Below, piece after piece: positions 26,601 through 38,600 of a stretch of DNA of 64,000 bases. A program made the translations under genes and the position numbers. Position 1 is the first letter of the stretch. Every line of letters starts with the position of its first letter. Origin of the DNA: Nageia nagi (taxonomy: Eukaryota; Plantae; Pinophyta); contig JBITNC010000002.1 of NCBI GenBank assembly GCA_050084985.1, positions 17,174,001 through 17,238,000 on the forward strand, written 5' to 3'. Below the pieces are notes generated by a model, which saw only the letters and a program-made list of their open reading frames with translations, did no database searches and was not told where the DNA came from.

Positions 26601-29600
26601 AAGTCTAAAAAGTCCATCTTTGTGCTTATGGCGCTTTGGTTATTTTGTCTGAGCTCATAAACTTCCTGCATTACTTATTTTTATCTTCCTTTGTGAATCT
26701 GTAGGATATTGAAGAATCAAAACTTACAGAACGCCTGGGTAACAAGGAGCTTCTAAAACAGAATCTAGATTATGGGATAAATCTTTTTATTATTTATATC
26801 TTGACACTCTCCATTTTCCCTGGATTCCTATCAGAAGATACAGGCAAACATGGGCTGGGTTCCTGGTGAGCTTGCTTCACTTTTTCCATGCCTTACAATG
26901 AATTCCAAGAAGTTTTAAATTTGTGATCATTTACTAGAAAGGAATTAATCATCACAAAAAGTTGTTATATGTACACATGATTTCTTTTGTAGTGCAATAT
27001 GTTTCTTATGTCGTTTTTGCAAGATCTACATTCCAGGGCTATTGGTTGTTCAGCTACTAGTGTGTTACTTATCTTGAAAATACCTGACTTAGTTGTATAT
27101 GAAAAACAGGGTACTTCAGGAAAGCATTATAGATAAACTAGTGTTTCATACTATGGAAGAAATAATCTGTATCTTGTTTCAGATGAATATCATCCATTTT
27201 CTTTCAACCTTTGACGATTTATTGGGTATGGGGGTGTTATAAAAACTCTTTAGAGAAGTACCCTGCTTTACTGTAGGATTATGTAGCCTTGTACCCACAG
27301 CCCAAGGCATCATTGAATGGAGATAATTAAATCCTGCATTGGTGCCTTTGTGGTTGTGGTGGCTCGTTTTGTTTTGAAAACTGAAAATGATGGTCTCCAG
27401 CCCCAATCTCTTGTTTTGGATTTTAATGACCTTTTGCCTATAGTGTTCTGCTCCCCTAACATTATCATTATTATTTGCACTTGTATCATAGGGATAAGGT
27501 TTACCACCTTTACATTGAATTTGAACTGTTCCAGTTTTGGTCCTTGCCTAATTTTCAGCAGCTTTTTAACTTTTCTGTTCTATGGCTGTTTTTATCCTAG
27601 TGCTTTCTACTATATCTGGGTGAATTTCTGAGTCCCATTAACATGTTTGGTCAACGCAATGCTATGGTTACAACTCAAGCGAAGGACTGGTGCCAGGAGG
27701 GGATAAAGTGGCTTAAAAAATGGGGAATCGAAGAGAATGATATACTTGAAAAGCCATCTCCAATTTGAGACTCGGTTGAAAAAAATGTAATAGAGATGCT
27801 TTAGTAGGATCCTGGTGAGAACTAAAGATTATATAAATGTCAGATTAATAAAATGGTTACCTACACAAACCAAATTTTTTACCCTACAGAAGATATCTTC
27901 ACGCATAAAAGATGCATAATTAACAACTTTAGATTTAGCTTTCACCATCTTTCAATTGAAACAAAAAGTTGAAAAACATTGAAAAAGAAGAATGCCTATG
28001 TCTATGACATAATCAAGAAGAAATTGAGGATGAGTATTTCACACAGAACACCTTACAAAAGAAGAGCTTGAGAAATTTCAGCTGACTGCTGGTGCAAAAC
28101 ACTTGTAGATGTATTAGACATCCATGTTTTCAAAAGGGAAATTACCATTATTCATTAGTTCAAATTTCTACCAATGAGAGAGGAAGTCTTTTAATTTGTA
28201 CACTTATATGCTGAAAAGTAGAACTACCATCGAGTTAGCTGAAGAGTAGAACAATCACCATAGAGTTCATTGATGATTCTTTCTTACATCCTGATCTTAA
28301 ATATTGAAGAGTTGATCACTTCATGTGAAAATTGACATGTATAATTCTTGTTCAAAAAATAGATAAAAATAAAATAAAATAGAAAAGTCCATGTCTCTTG
28401 AGCTTCAAGAAAGCCAAGAAACACGTGGGAATTAAAACAATAAAACTCCATGAGAATCCAACTAGCATTGGAAATCGAAGGGGCATATCCAAAATGTAAT
28501 ATATTGTACACATGTTTCTTCTTTTTTTTGGGTGGTGGTGTTTAGTGTATGTACTCATTTGAGAGGATGCCAAGACATCATTGAAGTACAAAAATTTGTT
28601 TTGTTTTCTTATTCCGTTGTATTAATCTTTTTGTGAAGTATATCCATTTAGTTTTGCTAGTTTGTTGTCATTCTATTGGGTTTGCAATTCTTGTTTGAAA
28701 GAGATTTATGAAATAAATAAGTGCAATCTAAGTTAGCAAAACTAATGTCTGGTATCAGAGACATATGGAGTTTAAGTTGACAGAAATTTGTTTTTCTAAT
28801 GAGAAACACGTTTGGAGAGTATTTTTCCTTGTCGTTTGTGAGGTATAAAGTCAAAGCCCAAAGGTAACTCAAACCTTTTGGCATATGGGAAACTAAAGGG
28901 CTGTATCGATAATGTAATATATTGTCCACGTGTTTCTTCCTTTTTGTATGTATTACTCATTTCAGAGCAATGCAAGATATCATTGAAGTGCTAAACTTTG
29001 TTTTCTTTTCTTATTTTGTTGTATTAATCTCTTATGTCCAGTTGGCATGGAAAACTGAAGGGGGCCATATTTAAAATGTAATATATTGTACACATGCTTC
29101 TTTTTTGTGTATGATGTTATATGTATGTAGTCATTTGAGAGCAATGCAACACATCATTGAAGTGCCAAAAATTGATTTTGTTTCTTATTCAATTGTATTA
29201 ATCTCTATGTGGGGTATGTCACTTTGGTTTTGCTAGTTTGTTGTCATTTTTCTTGAGTTTGCAATTCTTGTTTGAAAGTGATTTATAAAAATGAATAAGT
29301 GCAATCTGAGTTAGCAAAATTAATGTTTGGTATCAAAGACAATTGAAGTGTAAGTTGAGAGAGATTTGATTTTCAAATGAGAAATGAGTTTGGAGAGTAT
29401 TTTTCCTTGTCATTTGTGAAGTATAATGTCAAAGCCCAAAGGAAACTCAAACCTTCCTCTTCCCAAGTTCAATGGTGAAGATTGATTATTGGAGCATCAA
29501 AATGCAAATTTTGTTTAAGTTCAAGGGGCTATGGAAAAACAATATATTCCTCCAAAGGATTGAAAGACCTTATTAAAGGATGATAAGGTGGCTAAGGAGA

Positions 29601-32600
29601 AGGAGGAACAAAAGATTTTGAGGCACTCTACCACATTCTTTTAGCCTTAGATAAACCCATGTTTCCTCTTCTAGCAATGATGGTGACTAAAAAAAGCTTT
29701 GGAGGATTCCTATGATTGGTCAAATGACCAAATCAAAACTACGAACATGCAAAATACCTAGAGGGTATTTGAGAATCTCAAGATGATGGAGGGAAAAAAG
29801 TGGAGTTTTGTATGAGAATCAAGGATGTTGTTAACAAGATGGTCATTAATGGAGACAAATTGGATGATGTAGTTATTTTCAAGAATGTATTTGAGTTCAC
29901 TTCTTCCCAAGTTTTGTCAACTCAGAATACAACATGCCCCAAAATTTAAAAATTTTAGGGGCCCGCTTTTGGCCAGAGCAATGGAGAAAATCAGCTTGAA
30001 GGCATGAGATGAAAGCATTTTTGATGCTTAGAGAGAATTAAGAGCTAGAAGGTGAAGCATTGCTTAGATCCAAGCTAGGACCACTTCCAGAGAGTCAGAG
30101 AACAAATTTACAATATTAGGGGTGTTCACAGGGATCTAGAGGCAAAACACACCAAAATGAGGTCTTAAAGGGGGAAAAATGAGCAAAAGGGAAAAAAATA
30201 GTTTGAGCACATCATATGGGGGTCTTAAAATACTTAAGAACTCAAGTTGCACCTTCTCCAAATTTAGAACTACTTTTTCCCTTAGGTGGCATCATTTTCA
30301 AGTTTAAAAAAGTCCAAAATTATCTAAGATGTGACTTAAGGGAGACAAAATGTATGTTTTGATGACCAAAATCGGCCAAGTATCCAAGGTCGCATGTTTT
30401 CTAGGTTTAAAATTATCAAAAATCCAAAAAGTGCGACCTAAGAAACCATAAGGAGAAAATTCGCATGTATCCAAAGTTTAGAAAGTATAAATTCCCAAAA
30501 GGTGCGACCTATAGGAAGCAAGATGCATGTTTTCAAGGCCAAGGTAAGTCGCATGATTTTCAAGTTTGGACGGTCTAAACTCCCAAAAGGTGCGACCTAA
30601 GAGATTGCTAAGGCAATTTTCGCATGTTTTCCAAGTTCAAGTATCTCAAACTCCAAAACTATGTGAACAAGGAAGACTTTCACATGATTTTAAGTTTTAA
30701 AACCCTTTTAAGTGAAAAAAAGGTGTGACTTAGGGGAAGTATTTCACATATGTTTTGAGTTTAAAGTTTCTAAAAGAGAAAATCATGCGATTACAAAGGA
30801 ATGGGTCACACATTTTCAAAGTTAAAAATATTCAAAGTAAAAAAACATGCGACTAAGGGAAAAACACATCTTTTGAAGCATTAATATTCCAAAGGTCAAA
30901 AGGGGCACATGTTTTCACTTTTCATTAACCTTGAACTCCTTAAATGAGCACTCAATTGCCATGCATTTCTTTTGTTCATCCAAATGAAAAGATGAAGGGG
31001 AAAAACAAAGTCAAATTAGTCAACAAAGGTGGGCTATGGAAAAGAAAAAAGATTTGCACAACATAAGAGTTTAAAAATTAAAGGAAAAAAGCAAATGAAC
31101 GTTCACTTTTTGGAGCAAAGAAAAAAGTCAAAGGAGTCAACAAAGGTGGCTGCACCAAAAGACAAAATAGATGAGTAAATAAAAGACAAAAGGGCTGCTC
31201 ATAATTTCTTTAACTTATTCAGCTTTTGAGGCCAAAAAACTAGGCACATGATTTAGCATTTTGACAATTCCAAACTCCCAAAATGTGCACCCAAGTGTGA
31301 TTTCACCTTTTCAAAATGCAAACCCTCAAATTATGTGCCTAAGTGCTCATAATTCCCTTCAAAATGGTCAACCTTCAAAGCCAAAAGGAATAGGTGCATG
31401 ATTTAGCTTTTTGAAGATTTAAAACTCTCGAAATATGATCCAAGTGCAAATAAACCAAGGCACGCTTCCCAATTTGAAGATCCAAAATGGCATGCTTCCC
31501 AAGATAAAGATCTAGAATGGAATGCTTTCCAAGATGAAGATCCATAATGACATGCTTCCCAAGGTGAAGATCTATAATGGCATGCTTCCCAAGTCAAAGA
31601 TCTATAATGGCATGCTTACCAAGGTGAAGATCCAAAAAAGCACGCTTCCCATGATGATCCAGAATGACATGCTTCCCAAGGTGAAGATCCAAAATGGTAT
31701 GCTTCTCAAGACAAAAATTCAGAATGGCATGCTTCTCAAGGCTAAGATCTAGAATGGCATGCTTCTCAAGGCTAAGATCTAGAATGGTATGCTTCCCAAG
31801 GCAAAGATCCAAAAATGGCACACTTCCCAAGACAGAGATCTAGAATGGCATGCTTCCCAAGGTAAAGATCCAAAAAGGCACAGAGATCAAGATGAAATTG
31901 GTCAAAGATTTTGTTAGAATTTAATATTTACTTAGTTTATTGACTTGTGGGGAAGAGTTTTTGCTCCCCACAAGCGGAATGTAATTTCAATATAATTCTA
32001 GTTTATTTCATTAGCGTTAGGGCAACACCTAAAATTAGGACAACACTAGGCATTTGTGCCTAGAAAAAGTATAAATACTCCTTTGAGGGCGATTTGTGAG
32101 GAGGATGAACTAAGTTCACTAGAGGAGAGCAAACTCTGGAAAATTAAAAACTCTCTATCTTGTTGAATGAAGTGGTATAACTTAAAATGAAGTGAATTTC
32201 ATCATTCTCATGGGATTGTGGATTTGAATTTTTGGATTCAATATTTCCTTCATGTGATTCTCATGCTTGTGTTCTTTTTCTTTAAAAACCCAGAGTTTTA
32301 ATAGTATCTTATGAAGCATTTTGATTACTGCTTGATTTATATATTTTGCAATTTGCATGCTAATTGATTGTACTTTAAGTTGATTTCTTTCTATGTCATT
32401 AGGTTGGAAACTCGTATTCAAAAGGATTTGTCATCACATTTCCATTTTTCTCCATCGTTCTTGCTTCTTGCTCATGTTTGCATTCAAGTTGGACTATGTT
32501 GTTTGTTGTAAATATTAGATGAATGAATGTAGTTTTCTTCATTAATCCGAGAAGAAAAGGGAGTTTAGACAATTGATGAATGTTTTGCTTTGAGCTTAGC

Positions 32601-35600
32601 CAATGTTTCATCTCCAATCTTTATTTTCTTGTTTCTTTTATTTTCTTTCAACACGATATTCCACCTCTACTGCCTTTGAAACCTTGAAATGAACTTGAAT
32701 TTGAATGAATCTTAGTGAAGTCAGGAAGACATTCCCAAAGCTAGAAACAAACTCTAGATGCCTTAAAACGTGGGTTAATAGTTGCATATCCTCTTTTATG
32801 ACCTATTCCAAGATTTTATCACACTACATAGAAACCTTGGGGTATCAGTCCTTTCAAGCAAGGGTGAGTAACGCTACCTCACCTACATGTTTGGGTGCCT
32901 TTCCATTTTGCCATCGTTGATGAACCAAGGACTTTACCAAATTGAAGTTTGATGATCTTTGAGGATTGGTCTTTTCATAAGAAGTAGGCTTCAAGGAGGA
33001 TGAAGTCACTATTGGAAATTTTGGAGCACACAATAAGGAACACATTGTATTACTTCATTTAATAGATAGATATACGGCTGAAAATAGTGCATAACTACTT
33101 CACATGATAATTACCTAAATATATTTATTTAATACCTAGTAATAATAATCTCTAACACATAAAATATTTCCAACTTATCCCCTGTCATTACATCAACATC
33201 ATCTCTTTGTCAATGGCAATAGGCTCAGTGATCCTCTAGGATAGGGATAAACATATCTATCCAAGGCTTTTTGGCAGCCTTCCTTCACTACAGGCTATTG
33301 GCAACTTGGAACTACACCACTCAGGCTATTGGAAGCCCAGAATAAAAGATCTCTTGACATCTTTGGCAGACAACTCCGCATAAGTGATTAATTCTCCTTC
33401 TTGTAGTCCTCAAAAACACATGGAATAGAGAGCTCTACCTTAACAAAAAGCTTCACTTCCGCAGATCGTGAGACAAGAAAATCAATCCCTCAAATCTTAA
33501 CATGGTCCACCACTTTGGGTTTGAAGAGAATGGGTGGACAGGTCTCCACACATTGAACGCTCCCAAACAATGCACACCCTTTAGAACACATAGAACACAC
33601 ACAAACAAACTCTCCTTCAAATTTGCACTCACAAAAGACACAAAATAATACCAATATATTTACATATTTACAACAAAAGAAATAGCAATGAATATCTCCA
33701 CATAATCTGGGTGGAAGAACAATCTCATCAGCCCAGCTCTCTTCTTTCAGCCTTGCTTTGATACCATATTTAAAATATTGGAGTACACAACAAGAAACAC
33801 ATTGTATTACTTCATTAAATAGATAGATACAAGGCTAAAAATAGTGCATAACTACTTCACCTGATAACTACTTAGCTACATTTATTTAATACCTAATAAT
33901 AATAATTTCTAACAAATGAAATATTTCCAACAGTCAGCTTTGACAAAGCTCTTGCTTCTAAAGCGTCTCCAAAAAGGAGGTTATTTTTAGTTCCGAGAAA
34001 GAAGGGAGGGGCCAAGAAAATGGAGCTCATGGGTCTAGGGGGAGAAACAAGCTAAATTTTTTCTTTTCTTATTCGACTATTGTAAGAAACCAAGCCATTT
34101 GGAAGAGAATGCAAAAAAAAAGCTATTGATAAAGGAAAAGCCAAAGAAACAAAGGGAACCAAAAGTGAACATTGTCCATGAAGTAGATGGAGAATTATTT
34201 TTCTTGAGAGTTGATAAATTTGAAAACTTCTCTTAAGAACTATAGTATGTTGACTCGGGTTGCTCGAACCATGTGATGAGAAAGGAGCTCTTCACCAAGT
34301 TGGACACTTCTCATAAGAGTGAGTTCAAGATTGGTGATAAGATTACACTTAGTGTGCATGGAAAATGAGTCATGGAGGTAGACAATAAGCATGGGAAAGA
34401 GAAAATTGTTTATACATACTATGCTCCAAACATGAATATAATTTGCTTAGTGTGGGGTAGCTTGCAAACATAACTATGAGATTGCCTTTAAGAAGGAGGA
34501 GCTTGGAAGGTTGTGTGCTTTATTTTGAAACATGGCAAAAATATGACAATGATTCCTATAAGCAAAAGTAAACTTTTCCTTTGACGTTGGGTAGTTTTGG
34601 AGTTAGTTTATGCCAAATAGCCATGGAAGATTCAAGTTGTTTATGGCACTTGAATGAACTCCTCAAATTCTTTACCTTAAAGAGAATGTCCACCACAGAA
34701 TTGTACTTGGGCTACAACCCATTGAAAAAAAGAAGGGTATGTATGAAGGGTGCTATATGGGGAAGCATAGTAAGAGAGAAATTCCTTGATGGAGAGGCTT
34801 AGAGGTTTTCTAAGATACTTGAGGTTGTGCACACTGATTTATGTGGACCAATGAACACACCAAGCATTGGTAAGTCTCTTTATTACACGTATTTGACCAA
34901 TGATTTCTTAAGAAGGTATTAGACTTTCTTTTTGAAAACCAATGAGGCATTTGGCATCTTTAAAAAGTGAAGCGCTATGCTGGAGAAGGAGATGGGGCTA
35001 CAATAAAAGCTCTGAGCAATTGAGTTGGTGAATTTTGTTCAAAAAAGTTCATGAAGTATTGTGAAGACCATGGGATTAAGACAATTGACCGCATCTTATA
35101 CACCCAACAAAATGGGGTTATTGAAAGGATGAATTGAATTCTCATGAACATGACAAGAAGCATTTATACATCATGAAGGTTTGGGCTATGAGTATTTGGC
35201 TTAGGCGGTTGATGTGGAAACACATCACTAAAATCGTAATCCAACAATTGCAAATGGCAGCAAGATTCCTTTAGAGAATAAAATCCCAAGGTTGGGCTCT
35301 TGAAGGTTTTTGGTTGTCTAGCATATGTCCATGTCGAGAACAAGTTAAGGAAAAATCTTGAGATAAAGACTATTCCATGTGTTTATGTTGGGTATTCAAA
35401 GACAAAGCAAGTATACCAATTTTACCATATAAAGACCAATAAGATAATTGAATCTAGAGATGAAATATTTGATGAAGGGGGAGCGTATGTACAACGACGT
35501 TGTAGGCAGCTTGTGAGTGTTCGAGTGTAAAAGCCTAAATGCAATTTCACATACATTTAAGCAAATTCAACTAAACAAGCACCCACGTCTGGCCTACAAG

Positions 35601-38600
35601 GGCATCAACAAGCATTCAACACCTCAATATGCCAACGTTAGGGTTAGGGCATCCTATACAAGTCTATACAACACAATAATGCCAATGTTTGGCTACAATA
35701 TGCATGAAAGAGTTAATACACCACAACATTGCAAATATAGACAATTGCACAACACAATATGAGATCCAATAGCCCACGACTTATATTGAAGATATAGAAT
35801 GAATATAGATACAATACCAGGCCCCAAGGGCTCAACGTTGGCCTCCAAGGAGCCAAGTAGGGCCCAACGAATGTCTTTACTGCTGTACAGACGGAGCATT
35901 GAATGGGACAGCCTCACTCCCTCAGAATCTAAATCCTCTCCATCGAAGGAGCCCTCCTCAAACCCTGGCGACCAATTGTACGGTAGAAGTGTGACCTCAG
36001 AATACCACCAGATGGGCTAGGGTGCTATACCAAAGCCGTAGATTAACAGGATCCCTCATCCTGTCAACCCTCCTAGATGTTGCACCTAGGGATGTTGCTT
36101 AATGTTGCACCAAGACTTTTGTCCACAAGACGGTATGAGTCATAATGATAATTTTGTATATCCAGCAATAAGGCTCCAAGGTCTAATATAGCTTTCCTGG
36201 ATCTGGATCTCACCTCAAAGTCACCACCTAGTCTCCTCAAACCCCAACGATGGCATATAGGAGTCATTCTAGGCCCAATGTGGGTATCTAGGCCTCCCTC
36301 ATGCTCCACGTGGGTCCTCAAGCTCAACGTGGGCTTAGGGATGCATGCATGGGTCAAGAAGCCATGCGTGGGCATCTAAGAGGGCTATGTGGGTGTCATG
36401 GGCCAACATGGGGGTCTAGAAGTCTCCCTAAGGCTGGCGCATGTGTACAAGTGCTCATCCATGTTCTAAGTGCTAAATAGACCTTGGGATACCCACAATC
36501 ATGTTTCGGGATCTCCAAGTACATTAAAACACACTAAACTACACTTGGGAGGGAGACATCCCACTTGGGGCTCATAGTGGGATCCAACGACCCATTAAGT
36601 CTTCTATCCCAAGTACTAACTAATAAAACATAATTAATAATTAAATATGTACAGAGGGAATCCGTTGGATTCCAGAATTAAGTACAATAATCAAAGGGGT
36701 ACGTCACATTGAGAGACAAATGGAGCTTTGGACTAACCTTTTGTACCAATTCCAAATCCACCATCACCACCATCCTAAAGTGGTACCTCTTCAAGTGAAG
36801 ATGATCATGATAGTTACACTAGTGATGAGGCTTCAACGAACAAGGTTAAAAGCATTTAGACTTAAAAAAATTATTAAAAATCATCCACCACTTCAACTTC
36901 TTGATTCTAATTTCAATAGGAGGCTAACTAGAGGTCAGGCAAAGGAGTTGGATGGAGTCATTAATAGAATTGAGGTTAAACATTGATGGAGATGGTGATG
37001 TGGAGATGGTGCAAAGTGATGTTGTCCACATTGCATTGATGGTCAAGAAGACATGTAGCCTTCTTCAGTTGGGAGGAAAATAAAATAATACTTGGAGGAA
37101 TTCCATGAAGGAGGAGATCAACTTTGTAAAAACAAAATGATACTTGGAAACTTTGTGAATTGTGTAAGGGTAAAAAGGTTATGGGGACAAATGGATGTTT
37201 AAGACTAAGCACAAGAGTGATGGAAGTGTTGAAAAATACAGGGTTAGTGGCAAAAGGTTTCACACAAGGATAAGGCATTAATTATGAAGAAACCTTTGCA
37301 CTTGTGGCTAGGATGGAGACCATTCGCATGGTTCTAGCTATGGAAGTTCATAGAAAGTGGAAAATTCATCAAATGGATGTGAAATTAGCTTTCTTAAATG
37401 GGTACATCAAGAAAGAGGTCTATGGAGCAACCTAAAGATTTTGAAGTGAAAGGGAAAGAGGGATTTCTTTACCAATTAAAGGTGATCTTGTACGGCCTTA
37501 AGCATGCACCTAGAGCATGGTATGATGGAATAGGTAGTTGATTCTTAAAGCAAGGTTTTGTAATGAGTAAGAGTGATCCCACACTCTACATCGAAGGACA
37601 AGGCCATGCTATCTTTCCTGTATGTTAGTATGTAGATGATTTGATCTACATCGAAAGCTCTCCTACAATGAAGGGCCTTGGACCTCAGATTATTGAGCTA
37701 TTTCTTGGGCATGTAAGTGCACCAAGATGACATTTGAAACTTGAAAACATTTTTTCTTGCCTCAAAATCATAGTTGGATGGCTATTGGTGCATGCTAGAT
37801 TCTTTCAATCCTTTAAAAATCTGGTTTTAAGATGCACATTTGTGTTGTTTTTGGTTTGGCCGCACTTACTCTCTCCTCTCTCAGCTATTTGCACTTGGAG
37901 TCAAATGACAAATAGACCTATTTTTACCTTTTATTTCATGTTTTCTAGGACAAGCGAGTTTTTTTTGTCAGATCTGAATCTTGAGTCTAAGCTGAGTTAA
38001 AAAAAAAAAAAAACTCAACTTGAGACTCAAAAACTCTAAAGTAGGGCCCAAGCGATTCAGCATAGTTGACTTAGACTTGGACTAGATGAGTTTTCGAGAC
38101 TGGGCCAAGTTTTTCTACTTTGATTTGGATGATCAAAAGTCATTTTTCGGAAACTATGTCACTTGGCTCTGATTTGTTCAGTTGGAGCTCAAGGAAATAA
38201 TCATTGCTGACACTTTTTTTAAAAGAGGTCGAGTAAGTTGCAGCTAAAACAACAACAGCTTAGGCCTCCTGGTTTTGGAAAATGTTATGTGATTTGTAAG
38301 AGGAGCAGCTGACAGCCAATACATTGTTTTGTGATAATCAAAGTGAAATCCAAATTGCACGGAATCTTGTTCACCATGGAAGATCCAAGCACATTGCCCT
38401 TCAGTTTCATTTCATAAGAGACAGAGGAGATGTGGATTTGAAGTTTGGCAGTGCCACTTATTAGCTTCCAGATGTCATCACTAAAGATGTGAAGATAAAG
38501 CAATTCCTAAAGTTGTGGGATAGATTGATTACCTCCTTCATGATCAAGGGGAAAAATGAAGAGTTGATCACTTTATATATCTTGCTAAAAAAACGGAGAA

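Larger units (their letters stand above)
29916..32900 (+). mobile_element. ~3-kb LTR-like insertion in copia gag, related to 22104-24920, containing tandem arrays
   Basis: Interrupts gag between SSLLPKF and HFAIV; TATAAATA at ~32070; terminal motifs shared with 22104-24920. Confidence 0.65.

Noticed and set aside
31403-31830. Repeat-protein ORFs on both strands
   Set aside because: By-product of a 30-bp minisatellite inside an LTR
10900-38500. Oppositely oriented related copia relics in introns 2 and 7 driving back-splicing of exons 3-7
   Set aside because: Similarity is visible mainly at the protein level (RRLTR linker, SRD.IFDEGG); the nucleotide sequences look too diverged for stable pairing
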